This document shows positions 42,901 through 54,160 of a DNA stretch of 64,000 bases, one piece after another. This DNA comes from Camelus dromedarius. Its lineage: Eukaryota. Both the position numbers and the translations under genes were made by a program. The stretch spans positions 14,694,001 through 14,758,000 of the forward strand of contig NC_087436.1 in the NCBI RefSeq assembly GCF_036321535.1, read 5' to 3'. Under the pieces are notes generated by a model. That model saw only the letters and a program-made list of their open reading frames with translations, did not search any database and had not been told where the DNA came from. Numbering within the stretch: the stretch's first letter is position 1; each line of letters opens with the position of its first letter.

Positions 42901-45318
42901 GTGCTCACAGTTCTGTGTTTGGGGTATTGGTGTCTTAACGGATAGAACAGTGTCTGTCATGAAGTACCGACATACAGCAAAGGTGTCTGATATTCGGAGG
43001 AGAGGGAATTGGCTGCAGTTGTTTTTGTGTTTTGCAGTATGTTCAGAACATTAATGCATATAATGATCTCATTTAAATAAACCATTAGATTGAGAAAAGA
43101 GGTAGCGGCATTATGACAGATCTGGGAATTGATGGATATTTATTGACTTCGGTGTAGCTGGAAAGCTGGAGAAGAGGTGCTAGTTACAGTTTGCTTTGTT
43201 ATCAAAATGCCACTTTAGCTATTTCCAGGTATAATGATCTGTTGGCACATTTCCTAAATAGCATTAGGTTCTTGTAAATGAAATTTTTATTTTATATACA
43301 GTTTTTAATGGGACTTACTTTTAAACATCATAAAAGTTATGTCTAGCCCTTTTCATGCTCTAGGAGTTGACAAGCACCCTCTTTATCACAGACCACATCA
43401 GTGGTGAAGTAAACCTCAAATGGCAGTCTGTATCAGATCATTCACATGTAGCCTATGGGGCCTGATCTGAAAATAATATATTCATTGCAGGTGTTTTTTT
43501 TTAAATTGTTTCTGCATCTAGTTTGAAGCCACTGGCCATAAAAAATTAGCATTTCTGATAAAAGCTCCCGAGAACATGAGTGTAGAGTTGCTTGTCAGCA
43601 CACGCTTTCTCCCAGCACCTCGTTCTGTGCCTGTCGTGACCCGTTTCTCATGCTGCGCTCCCTCCCCCTTTAGGATTAGGGAGAAATAACATCAAGAATA
43701 TCTACACTTCTGGTCTAACAAACTGTGTCTGTTGTAGTTTGATGGCATCCATGTGGTGAGTGGATCTCTTGATACATCAATCCGCGTTTGGGATGTGGAG
43801 ACAGGGAATTGCATTCACACGTTAACAGGACACCAGTCGTTAACAAGTGGAATGGAACTCAAAGACAATATTCTTGTCTCTGGGAATGCAGATTCGACAG
43901 TTAAAATCTGGGATATCAAAACAGGACAGTGTTTACAAACATTGCAAGGTAAATATTGGCTACCCACCTTTAGTCGTGTTCCTTAAAAGTGAGATTGTGG
44001 GTCAAAAGAGGAATGTGGAGCTTGTGGGTCACGAAAAGAATTAACCTCCTACGAAATGCAAGTGCTTCTTTTGGGCAAGTTTATGAGCGTTTTCACTTGG
44101 ACTTGACAGAACTAGGTGACCCCTGAGAAAGTGTTTTAAATTGTGTTTTTAATACGAAATTGTTTAATCACTTCCTGCATGTCCAGTTAGCTCTCCCTAA
44201 CCTTAAAGAACAATGTGAAGAGAGATCTTGGCTGTATTACAGAAGCAGCACACTCATTTTATTTTTTGAGTGATCATTTAATTTTGAATTTATAGTCCAA
44301 TTTTAAATTAAAGAAATTAAAGTGCTGCCTTACTGAAAAAAAAAAGAAGAACAAAAACAAAAGGCATCTCTCATCTGATAGAAAATTGCTTTGGCCTCAA
44401 CTTCAACCCTTAACCATCTGCTTAACTAGGATGGGAAGGAGGAACAGTGCCCACTAATAAACTAGAGGAAGAAACACATGAAAGCCACTGAAGTCAATTG
44501 AGGCACAGCAGTGTTAACTGCTTGTATCATGACTGACTTCTTTTTATTGGTCATAGCCCTTAGAAAGCGGGTTGTTTTCAGTCAGGCCATCTGGTGGGCT
44601 GTATTGCAGTCTTTTTACTCCTTGACTGTGTCACTTAGTGTTTTGGAATAGTGTCCATTCAGCCTCTGACTAATCAGTCCAAAGAAGTAGGGTCATAGAT
44701 CTCTTATGCTCACTTGTCCATGAGCAGAACACATGAAACTGGACTCTCTACATCACCACCAAGAAAAGTGCTCAGTCACACAGCCAGAAAACAGAATGTG
44801 GGCCTGGTAGCTAAACCACACTTCCTGGAAGACAGAACCCTCAAAAATGAATGTTTCAGTTACAAATAGCTACCAGATTTTCTTACATCCCCGCAGATCC
44901 CAAAATACTCAGAACGTGGTTTCTAAATGTGCAGCATTTTAAATATTTCATTTATTGTGTGTTCCAATGTAGAAGCCTGCAAAGTACAATGTCACTAACC
45001 CATAGCCGTGGTTTCTAGCCAGTAATTAAATTCCTTTGGTTTGGCCTAGGTCCCAACAAGCATCAGAGTGCTGTGACCTGTTTACAGTTCAACAAGAACT
45101 TTGTCATTACCAGCTCAGATGACGGAACTGTAAAACTCTGGGACTTGAAAACGGGTGAATTTATTCGCAACCTAGTCACATTGGAGAGTGGGGGGAGCGG
45201 GGGAGTCGTGTGGCGGATCAGAGCCTCAAACACAAAGCTAGTGTGTGCAGTCGGGAGTCGCAATGGGACGGAGGAAACCAAGCTGCTGGTGCTGGACTTT
45301 GATGTGGACATGAAGTGA
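15576..45318 (+). CDS. FBXW7: F-box/WD repeat-containing protein 7, beta isoform, spliced CDS: join(15576..15836,18297..18379,21409..21550,30388..30522,35148..35271,37057..37193,38259..38372,39627..39808,41736..41961,43738..43948,45050..45318)
   Basis: Exon lengths 261+83+142+135+124+137+114+182+226+211+269 = 1884 nt = 627 aa + stop. All introns are GT-AG with matching phases. Translation [10 protein letters not shown]...[10 protein letters not shown]...[11 protein letters not shown] matches the known Fbw7-beta protein. Confidence 0.98.
15667..15686 (+). promoter_or_regulatory. p53-like response element inside the beta exon
   Basis: TGACGTGCCT|GAGCATGTCC: two RRRCWWGYYY half-sites with no spacer, the second perfect and the first with 2 mismatches. 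Fbw7-beta is a known p53-inducible isoform. Confidence 0.65.
15871..15908 (+). repeat. (TG)19 microsatellite
   Basis: Direct reading; starts 35 nt after the beta exon donor. Confidence 0.97.
18297..18379 (+). CDS. FBXW7: FBXW7 first common exon ([27 protein letters not shown])
   Basis: Acceptor ttgttttaccttatag|ATG; donor AAG|gtaata; 83 nt. Confidence 0.97.
19588..19604 (+). promoter_or_regulatory. Candidate CTCF site
   Basis: TGCCACCAGAGGGTGTA closely matches the CTCF core CCASYAGRKGGCRS; it is a GC-rich motif in AT-rich intron. Confidence 0.45.
21409..21550 (+). CDS. FBXW7: FBXW7 common exon 2 ([11 protein letters not shown]...LQEWLKMFQ)
   Basis: Acceptor ttttctgtag|T; donor CAG|gtgaca; 142 nt. 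Confidence 0.97.
21605..21968 (+). mobile_element. Old L1 (L1MB-like) 3' end, sense to FBXW7
   Basis: catggatgaacctcgaaaacattatgctaagtgaaagaagccagacacaaaa..., ending ctcAATAAA. Confidence 0.85.
22902..23082. mobile_element. MER20-like hAT DNA transposon relic
   Basis: cagtggttc...ctgctggcatct...cagcctcccacaacacagagctatccagcccaaaatatcagttgtgct...gactgagaa. Confidence 0.7.
26035..26330. mobile_element. MER5-like hAT relic followed by a - strand MIR fragment
   Basis: cacctgcgtcag...gccccacc...ctgagtcagactct...tttgagaaccgctg, then ccctcattatacagg. Confidence 0.55.
26951..27810 (-). mobile_element. L2 LINE 3' fragment
   Basis: attcattcatttattcagcaaatatttactgagca...gtctggagttcaggg...ggctggaga. 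Confidence 0.85.
30388..30522 (+). CDS. FBXW7: FBXW7 common exon 3 (dimerization domain and start of F-box: [11 protein letters not shown]...DFISLLPKE)
   Basis: Acceptor ttcctctttgatag|AGC; donor GAG|gtaagg; 135 nt. Confidence 0.97.
35148..35271 (+). CDS. FBXW7: FBXW7 common exon 4 (F-box: [24 protein letters not shown]...KEE)
   Basis: Acceptor ttctttccatag|CTG; donor G|gtaagt; 124 nt. Confidence 0.97.
36170..36843 (-). mobile_element. L1MB-like 3' end inserted in a MIR
   Basis: ggcattaagtacattcacattgttgcacaac...gaagtggaattgctggatcatatggtaattctatg. MIR sequence flanks both sides (~36010-36150 and ~36845-36930). Confidence 0.88.
37057..37193 (+). CDS. FBXW7: FBXW7 common exon 5 (linker: [11 protein letters not shown]...GELKSPK)
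   Basis: Acceptor ttttag|GT; donor AAG|gtaact; 137 nt. Confidence 0.97.
37730..37826 (-). mobile_element. tRNA-derived SINE, Vic-1-like
   Basis: Reverse complement GGGTATAGCTCAGTGATAGAGTGCGTGCTTAGTGTGCATAAGGTCCCTGG...CCCCAGTATCCCCATT plus A tail. Possible target-site duplication tatgtgtt. Confidence 0.8.
38259..38372 (+). CDS. FBXW7: FBXW7 common exon 6 (WD40: [15 protein letters not shown]...SAVTGK)
   Basis: Acceptor gtcgtag|GTG; donor AAA|gtgagt; 114 nt. Confidence 0.97.
39627..39808 (+). CDS. FBXW7: FBXW7 common exon 7 (WD40; contains the Arg equivalent to alpha-isoform R465 at 39783-39785)
   Basis: Acceptor tttttccag|TGT; donor AG|gtgagg; 182 nt; [11 protein letters not shown]...[10 protein letters not shown]. 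Confidence 0.97.
41736..41961 (+). CDS. FBXW7: FBXW7 common exon 8 (WD40; R479 equivalent at 41752-41754, R505 equivalent at 41830-41832)
   Basis: Acceptor ccaccacag|G; donor CAG|gtaaga; 226 nt; [10 protein letters not shown]...AAVRCVQ...VYSLQ. Confidence 0.97.
42618..42828. mobile_element. Tigger2/MER8-family MITE (TcMar-Tigger)
   Basis: Perfect 20-bp TIRs CAGCTGACCCTTGAACAACA / TGTTGTTCAAGGGTCAGCTG, each flanked by TA. Confidence 0.9.
43738..43948 (+). CDS. FBXW7: FBXW7 common exon 9 (WD40: [12 protein letters not shown]...CLQTLQ)
   Basis: Acceptor gttgtag|TTT; donor G|gtaaat; 211 nt. Confidence 0.97.
45050..45318 (+). CDS. FBXW7: FBXW7 terminal coding exon ([13 protein letters not shown]...LDFDVDMK*)
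   Basis: Acceptor ttggcctag|GT; TGA stop at 45316-45318; 269 coding nt. Confidence 0.97.
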
Positions 45319-45851
45319 GGAGCGGGAAAGACAGCCCGTCTGGACGTGCAGACGACGTACCCCCAGCCCTTCCCCCTGCAAAAGAAAAAAAAAAAAGAAA
45401 AAAGAAAAGAAAAAGAAAAAAAAAATCCCTTGTTCTCAGTGGTGCAGGATGTTGGCTTGGGGCAACAGAGTGAAAAGACCTACGGACTCAGAAGGAAGAG
45501 AGGACAAACCGCAGCTGACAGGAGAGGCACCGCCGTCGTCACTGAAGGGGCTCCACTTTGACGGAGGGCAGCTTTGCAGAAGGAGACTTTATAAATCAAA
45601 CCAGGTGCAATTATTTCTTTTATTTTCTTCTCCAGTGGTCGCCGGGCAGTGTCCACGCTGGAGCGTCCTTCCAGATTCCACTCGCCTGTTCTTTTACCAC
45701 TGAGACCTGGAAGGAAGCTGCAGTAACGTCCAAACAGTACCCGCTGACTTTCTAATCAGAGAGCATCTGCAACAAAAAGTCATTTTTCTGGAGTGGAAAA
45801 GCTGAAAAAGAAACAATTACTGTGAATTGTTTTTGTACAGTTATCATGAAA

Positions 45852-45854
<3 letters not shown>

Positions 45855-45892
<38 letters not shown>
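45855..45892 (+). repeat. Poly(T)38 tract in the 3'UTR
   Basis: Direct reading. Confidence 0.95.
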
Positions 45893-45894
<2 letters not shown>

Positions 45895-46941
45895 CAACCA
45901 TTGCCAATGTCAATCAATCACAGTATTAGTCTCTGTTAATCTATTACTGTCGCTTCCACATACACTCTTCAGTGCATACGTTGCTCAAAGGTGGCAAGTT
46001 GTCCTGGGTTCTGTGAGTCCCGAGATGGATGTAATTCTTGATGCTGGTGCTAGAAGTAGGTCTTCACATCTGGGATCGTTGTCCCACCCCTGTACTGTAC
46101 TCCCAGTGGCCAAACTTATTTATGCTGCTAAATGAAAGAAAGAAAAAAAAAAGCAAATTATTTTTTTTTATTTTTTTTCTGCTGTGACGTTTTAGTCCCA
46201 GACTGAATTCCAAATTTGCTCTAGTTTGGTTACGGAAAAAAAAAAAGACTTTTTGCCACTGAAACTTGAACCATCTGTGCCTCTAAGAGGCTGAGAATGG
46301 GAGAGTTTCAGAAAATAAAGAGTGAAGTTTGCCTGCAAGTAAAGAATTGAGAGTGTGTGCAAAGCTTATTTTCTTTTATCTGGGCAAAAATTAAAACACA
46401 TTCCTTGGAACAGAGCTGTTGCCGCCTGTTCTGCGGAGAGACCTTTCTTTTTGAGGGCTGTGGTGAATGGATGAACGTACATCAGAAAACTGACAAAATA
46501 TTTTAAAAATCCATAAAACACAAAATTAAAGTTGCTGGTCAGTCTTAGTGTTTTACAGTATTTGGGAAAACAACTGTTACAGTTTTATTGCTCTGAGTAA
46601 CTGACAAAGCAGAAACGATCCAGTTTTTGTAGTAAAGGCGTCACATGCAAACAAGCGAAATGAATGAAAAAGTCAAATGGTTTGCCTCATTCTCCAAGAG
46701 CCACAACTCAAGCTGAACTGTGAAAGTGGTTTAACACTGTATCGTAGGTGATCTTTTTTTTTCCTCCTCCTGTTTATTTTTTTTGTTTGTTTTATTTATA
46801 GTCTGATTTAAAACAATCAGATTCAACTTGGTTAATTTTAGTTATGTAACAACCTGACATGATGGAGGAAAACAACCTTTAAAGGGATTGTGTCTATGGT
46901 TTGATTCACTTAGAAATTTTATTTTCTTATAACTTAAGTGC

Positions 46942-46947
46942 AATAAA
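46942..46947 (+). terminator. Polyadenylation signal AATAAA (distal; a second AATAAA is at 46314-46319)
   Basis: gtgcAATAAAatgtgttttttcatgttag; sequence character changes after ~46970. Confidence 0.8.
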
Positions 46948-49900
46948 ATGTGTTTTTTCATGTTAGTATGCCTGTTTCTTCCACTGAGGTGATAACACTT
47001 CGTTATAAATATTTAGGGTTTGTCTCTGACATTTAAAAGAGCAAAGCCCTGGCTCCTTTGCATCCCCTGTAGTGTGGCATAGAAATCGATGCTTCCAGGC
47101 CTGTTTCCTGCAGCTGAAGTGAGAACAGGGAGCTGAAAATGCAAACTGCGTTTATCTCACAGGCTGTCCAGAGGGAAACACCGCACTGGGCTTCCCCTGT
47201 TCCCGTCGGGTTGTGTTACCTATGAAATCTGGTCCCTCAGCGAGCTATCAAGCTTTTGTGGAAGTTACAACTAGAATTCTGATAAAAAAAATTAATTTTT
47301 CCAATTTGACCACATATCAAGTACTTACCAGGAACTTTCTATGCATTCTCTCTGAAGCTCCCACCGCCCCTGAGAAGCACGCACTGTTATCTCCACTTTA
47401 AAGAGGAGGGCAAGACGGCGGCCCGTGCGGGTTGGGTGTTTGTCAGAAGTCAGATAACCAGCCGAGCACCAGGACTCGTGCCCTGTAAGAAGGAAGAAGC
47501 CGAGCGTTTTGACAGACTAAAGCAAGGCTTTGAAGGGAAAAAGGCATTTTTGTGGTACTTCCGGGCACTTTTGTCACCGTTGTATTAAATCAGTCTAGTC
47601 TTTTATAAATTAAGTGGGAAAAAACTGAAGTTCAGTTATTCAAATTAGGTAGCCTCTCAAATAGCGGTTTCCCCCGACCCCCAGCTGTCTCCAGGAATCC
47701 CAACTCTCCAGGCCAGAGGTGAACATCGAAAACTTAAATACGGATGCAATCCCGAGTCCGTGTTCTTCACTCCTAGGGCAGCGGTTCCGGGGCCTCGCTC
47801 CCCTAAAGCTGCTAAATCAGAACGTCAGGGACGAGGACGCAGGAGCCTGCGTGTAAGGGAGCTCACCGGGCTGGTCACGGGCACAGGGCACAGCTCGGAG
47901 AAGCGCTGCCCTGGAGACCGTCGCCGTGCCTTTGGTGGTTTGGTTTATTAGGCCACAGCCTGTTACAAGCACAGGAACTTAAGAGAGAAGCGACGGGTTA
48001 GAGGAAAAGACAGAAAGACCGCAAGGCTAATAAGCACGGGGCAAAAATCTCATCAGGCGGTAAAGTGCCGGCCAGCGGCCCCGCCTGCTTTAGGGTCAAC
48101 AGGGCGTAGCCCAGAGCGGTCACTCCTGTTCACACTGACGCCGCGGATTGATCCGGAAGTTGTCATTCTACCTGGCAGTCTTGAAACTGCTTGATTTTTC
48201 ATAATGTAATTGTGGCTTAACTACAATGCTACCGAAGAACGACGTCATCTATAAAAATAAATGTACCTTATAGAAGAGCATGAGTTCACAGACAGACAAG
48301 CCTGAACCCAGGTCCACCTCTGTCTGCTTATCTGTCTAGTCATCAGATCTAGCGTGCAGAGAATGCCCACCTCCTTAGGCTCTTGTGGGGATTAAATGAA
48401 ATGCTATAAAGCACCAAGCATACTGACGGCATTTGTAGCTCAATTAAGTGGTAGCCACTATTAAAGAAAATAGGCCCAGATAACTTGCTCTATTTAGGCA
48501 CAGTTGAATGTATTTGTGACTCATTCAGGTATGTAATAAAAATAGCATTTCTCTATATATAGCAATTGACATTTTTTAAGTGGAGTCACATAGATTTCTC
48601 ATTTGAGTCTTACAGAAGTCTTGGGAGATAGACAGGTATGGAGCACCTAGCAGTGATTTTGAATATACTTAGGTGTTCATTAAATATTATTTATGAATAA
48701 ATGAATACTCTTCATTACAGGGGATCTGTTCCTGAAAGGGAAAGTATTAACCTCCTCCTGAAGGAATTAAAGTATCATCATTGAAGTAAGAAAGGACACA
48801 AAGGGAACCCTGCTTTGTGGCCTCCTTAATGAAGAAATTCACCACCTTATATAACTGTGAATTTTCCACTCTTCACAGATAAAAGGCAGTCCTCACATTC
48901 AGGTGTTACAAGTTCCCAAAGATCAAACATTGCCTGGAACTAAAACTAAAATTAGGACACGTAGTAACCCATGAAAGCCTGGAACAGGTGCTCAGTAAAT
49001 ACTTACTGAACTGAGCAAAGAGGGTTTACTATCTCTTTTTTAAATTGGAATTGTTTATAATTTTGACAACTGGAAACTCCCTTACTGCTATATAAGACAC
49101 CAGAGCTATTTAATTCATTTGCAACAGCTAGTACACCCCAATGTTTAAGTAAGTGTTTCAACCTATTTGTTTAATTTCAAAAAGTAATTGACATTTAGTT
49201 AATTGAATTAATGTGAACTGTTTTTAAGCCATTTTCTCTATGCCTTGTGAGCTAGTCTGTTACAGGGTCTCCTTTCTACTCTGAATTGGTTGAAGGCTAC
49301 GATCAAATAACAACAACAGTCAAGACCTCTGTGCCTTTCTCTTCCCTGAAGTGAGCCGGGATGGAGGGCAGCTTCCCCAGACCCAGGCTGTGCCTTGTTT
49401 TCCACACTGTTTTCCCTGATGCGCTCATTGCGTTTTGTGCAACAAAGACTGAGGTGGAGAGAGATGCCTGGCAGAGGCTGCCCAGCTCTGTCCTGGCTCC
49501 TGTGACCCCTGACATCCCACATTAATAGAAACTAGAAACAAGCCACTGTGCATAGCACGAGTGGATTCACGTGACATTGTTTCTGACTCCTTCCCTCAGG
49601 CGTGGCCTTATTCACTTTCCTTCCATTAGTCATCCACCACCCCCTTAAAATTAGTCAGGATGGTAAACTGTCCTCTGTCAGATTCATCAGCAATGAAAGA
49701 TTCGACCTTCTTGTCTCTTACAGCAGTCCTAGGCGAACCTCCTGTTTTGTAAAGCCATTGGTAATTCTACCGATCGTGTGAGTGGTTTAGTGTTGCTGAT
49801 GAATGAATTTGAATAAATGCTTCTGACGCAGGTTGTTTTAAGGTTCCGTGCCTCACTGCATTTTGGAGATAGATTATGTGTGCGTGTATACATAACACAT

Positions 49901-51479
49901 ACACAGGAATATATGGGCACCTGGGAATAAGCTTCTTGTTCTCAGTGAGGCATAATATTTCCATTAAGCCTTTCCCTTCTTCATCCATGAAAATAAAGAA
50001 ATGGACCATATAAAGGGAAGGTGTTGGTGGCCAAGGGGAGATTGCTAATTCTTTTCCATGATATGGCCTCTGTGTGAAAGCGGGGGTGGGGGTGTGTTTA
50101 CACAATGTTCCTGGAGTCCTGCATTAAGCTACTATGTGGTAATTTGAAAAGCTGGTGCACAGTTTTTTATTTTGGCATTGTCTACTGCCCAGGAGATGGA
50201 TTTTAAGTTAGATCCACTTTGGCTGCACCCAACACCCCACCCCCCCACCCCCGTTCTGGAGAGTGCCAGCCGTTGATTTAAATTGCAGACAAACATAGCA
50301 TGGCATTGTTCACCAGCAACACATTGTCCACCCGGTTAATACTAGTTATGTCCAAATGAGGGAGGTTCTTGCCAACTTCTTTCCTCTGCTACCTTCTTTT
50401 TCTAGGTGGAAGAGACCAGAAATATCAAAAGGTAATTTCAAAGGTTCATCAAAAAAAGGAGAAGCCCCAAAAGCTGCAAGGACTCAGAATGCACCCTTCT
50501 CCAAAGTGTAAAGTATAAATAAATTCTAGATCCAGTTCCTAGGAAGACTCATTGCTGAGACAAAAGCCTGGTGACTTCCCAGTTTGCAATTGGGTATAAA
50601 AATAGCAGAGTTTCTATTTCAGGTGATCTGATTCTCCCCAGGATTCTTAAGGACAAGGAAGCACTGAGTGGACATTTTGATGTTTCATTCTTTGCTTTGG
50701 AAAATCTATCATGGCAAAACCTACGATGGCTGTTTATCTTTGGGTTTTGTTTTGCTCCAGCAGTCATGCTCTGCAAAAGGAAAATGATGTTGAAATCACC
50801 CTTGCAAGTCAAAGGCTCATATATAATAGGCCACAGAAATATATTGCCGATTTGCTATTTTTCTAGGAGATTCATAGATTATAAAAGAGACATCATACCA
50901 CTACGCACCATAAGAGGAAGGCTACTCGCAAGACTTTTTAAAGTTATACTGATGAAGCCTGTTTAGACTTCAGCAAACCCTTGTGCCTCACTAAATGCAG
51001 TCAGCAAGACAGGCAGCAAGACAGGCTAGTCCGCTGCTACCCTGAGCCTTTCAACTTGAGGCTTCTCTCGATTCCTATGAGTGACTTTGAGAGCTCAAAT
51101 CAATCTAGCAAGGACACAGCAAGGTGTAGAGATTACAAGTGAAACTGCATGCACCTCTGGGAAGGGTCAGATCGGGCATGGGGGACCTGAAGTTTGTAAA
51201 CTTAAGGATCCTCTTACAGAAAATAAAAGAACTTGCAAAATTAGATCCCAAAGTGAATATTTAGAATGATAAAGATAGCAATTTACTGAAGCCTTGGTAA
51301 TGCAGATCCCTTTTTTTCTGAGATATCTTCAGGCAATTACCAGACATGCTTAATAAAAGCGCTTCTGACCCCAGCCCGCCTGCCCCTCCCAGCACCCCCA
51401 GCTCCCACAGGGATCCGTTAAAGGAGGGGCCCCGAAGCTCAGCCTCATCAGCGTCAAGGAAAATCCGCCTCTGCCTCTC

Positions 51480-51865
51480 CCAACTCTAATCCCCTCATCT
51501 GTAAGTGACGCGTTGTGGGGATTACAGGAAACGCTGTACGTCAGGCAGTTAGCATAGCACCTGGTGCGCATGCCTGGTAAGTATCCGCTAAAGGCTTGTA
51601 GATACTACCAGTAATAACGTAGCTGGCTGCTCTCGTGCACTTGTAACTTAGCATGGTTACGAGTATTTTAAAATCATTTATTCATTTAATTTTCTCAACT
51701 GTCCCAGGATGTGTTATTATTATTAGTCCTGTTTTACAGATGAAGGAACAGGTACAGAGATGTCAAGTGACTTGCTCGAGGCCACAAAGGGGAAAAAAAA
51801 AGACTTGGAGAAACTGGGATTCAAACCTGGACTTGTGACTCAAGAGCCCAAACCCTTAACTACTT
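51480..51865. mobile_element. Two MIR fragments in opposite orientations
   Basis: cctcatctgtaa...agcatagcacctgg (+); cctgttttacagatgaaggaac...aagtgacttgctcgaggccaca (-). Confidence 0.7.
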
Positions 51866-53199
51866 TATTATGTGTGATTCACAACTGCCTTGCAAATATG
51901 GGAACGTGTAGCAGGTCATAGGTCGTAGGGGAAAATGATGCCGCCTCGGTTCCAGCTTGCGGACCTGGGGGCCAACATAAAGCCACAGAAGCAGGCAAGG
52001 GCCTGGATTTCAACAAGGGAGGCCTGAAGAACAGTATGGAGTCATTTCTGGTGTGATTTGACTGTAATAAATCCCCTTTTATTGGAATATTGGAATCAGT
52101 TTTTCTAATTGCAGAGTCAAAAGAGAGTGAGTTGCCTAAAAAGACTTCCTGTAAGAGATTCGCACAGCAATGAGAATATAGGCAAAGTGAGGAAAATAGC
52201 ATATTATCCAAGAAAGGTTGTTTCCAGATCATTTAGGGAAAAAAAAAATACGCCAGTTCTACAAAGGATGGACACATTAGTTGTACAAGAATTTTTTTAA
52301 ATAAATCACCGTTGATGCACTGTGTCCCCCAAACAACTGGGCAATCGAGGAGCACGTTTTTGTCCTCTCATGACTGTTACATGGTAAATCCTCAGTACGT
52401 GTTAGCTCCCGTTGTTACCAAGAGTTATATTCAAATTCCATCTCAGCCACTTGTGTGACTCTGGAAGATTTTTTTTTTTAAATCTTTCTGAACCTCTTTC
52501 TTCATCTATAAAGGAGAAAGTTGTGAATGTTACAGGTGGTAACACATAAAGCACCTGGTACAGGCTTGGCCAATCGTGTACTCAGTGAGTGGTGGTCCCT
52601 GTAGTATTATCACTGCCGCTAACAATACAGACAGTGGTGACCGGGTTTAAGGCCACCATTTCCGGCTTGATCTGGGACTTCCAGAACACAATGCCCAAAC
52701 TACCTTCCAAACTGTGCCAGGAACCTAAGAGAGCAGTCTCCCCCTGTTAGGAAGTAATCCTGTTCAAAATGAAAATTATCTTTTTCTCTCCAAAGACCCA
52801 TTTAAATCATAGTAGAGAAATTAAACAGGCATAATCCCAAAAGGGCAACAGAAGAGGAGAGCCAAGTAGCATCTTCTTGCAGCCAGGAGACCACCTGTAT
52901 AACCCTCCCCCCCCACCACCCCCACCAACATACACACCGTTTACAAGAACTATAAAGAGCATGTAGCCCAAAGTGAGTTCCCAGCCTTAGGCAGAGGCAG
53001 CAGAGGGTGTGGCTCAGAAATGACAATGGATATTAAGTTACAGTCTGCAGTTCTCTCCCACCCTTTCCCAGAATGCCATGAAATAAACTTTGAAAAAGAA
53101 CTATCATTAATACCCTCAGAAAGATAAAATACTGTATCTTATAATACAGGAACAGGATGCAACTTTTAAAAGGCCTCTTGGAAGCTAAAATGTGGTAGA

Positions 53200-54160
53200 A
53201 ATTTTAAAAGAAAAACTGTCAGTGGAAAATAAAAATTGAGCAAATCAAACAAGTTAAAAAGAAGAGGCAGAAATTAGCAGAGGAAACATAAACCACTTAG
53301 AGGATCAGTCTGAGACATGTGACATCTAAATGACAGTTTCAAGAAACAAAAGACAGAATAACTTATTTAAAAATTCATACAAGAAAAATTAGCAGAATTG
53401 AGGGACAGACTACCTCTTACAAACTCTTTCTTAAAAAGATGTGGACAATATGGTCCAACAGAACAATGAATTAAATCACAAAAGAGGACAACCTGGCATA
53501 CAGCAAATAGGAAATTTCAACACAGGAGCGGGTCAGGGGAGTTCAAGGATGATAGGAATTTGGACTCAAAACCTACCAGTCAACGAGATGACATGATATG
53601 TGAGTAGGGAGGGCCTTAGAATACAAAGGAAATGATAAATTATCTCACTATCGTGATAGAGCATTTAGAGAAAAGAAATCTCAGTATCAGGACAACTGAT
53701 AATAAATTCAGAAAAAAATCTGAAGGTTTCAATATATCAAAAGCTGTACAACACATGAAAGTGAAGGAAGTATTAACTCAGAATGTAAAAAAAAAAAACT
53801 TAAGCATCGTTAGTGCACTATGTAGCCCTGAAGTAAAGCACATTCATGCAGCTATAAAAATGTAAATACTGATCAACGATTGTGCTAAAATGTCTGTGGG
53901 GGAGGGGAGGGAAGTGGGATGGGGGAAGGAGTTAAATCTTCATCTACCATAATCGAAAATTAAATTATTAATGTTGAAAATGAAAAAAAAAAAACCTAAG
54001 AAATAAGAGGATCAGCGTATTCTGAAAAGAGAGAAGGTATCCCTCAGAAGAATTAGCTGAAAAAGTTACAAATGTTTGCCTTTGAGCTTGGAGGGGATGG
54101 AAAAGGGGTACAGCATTTTGATATGCTTTCCTTTTTTTGCGTGACTTTGCTAAAAGTATA
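53200..54160 (+). mobile_element. Ancient L1-related (HAL1/L1M-like) relic
   Basis: A-rich, with ORF1-like ttagaggatcagtctgagaca...catctaaatgacag...atacaagaaaa. Heavily decayed; family uncertain. Confidence 0.45.

Larger units (their letters stand above)
45319..46965 (+). other. FBXW7: FBXW7 3'UTR (end approximate)
   Basis: Follows the stop codon. A/U-rich with many conserved-family miRNA seed matches, ending shortly after AATAAA at 46942 with U/GU-rich sequence downstream. Confidence 0.85.

Noticed and set aside
45316..45561. Stop-codon readthrough or downstream ORF in the 3'UTR
   Set aside because: TGA-G lacks the CTAG readthrough context; the Lys-rich ORF arises from an A-rich microsatellite.
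50571..50966. 131-aa ORF
   Set aside because: Non-ATG start and no recognisable similarity.
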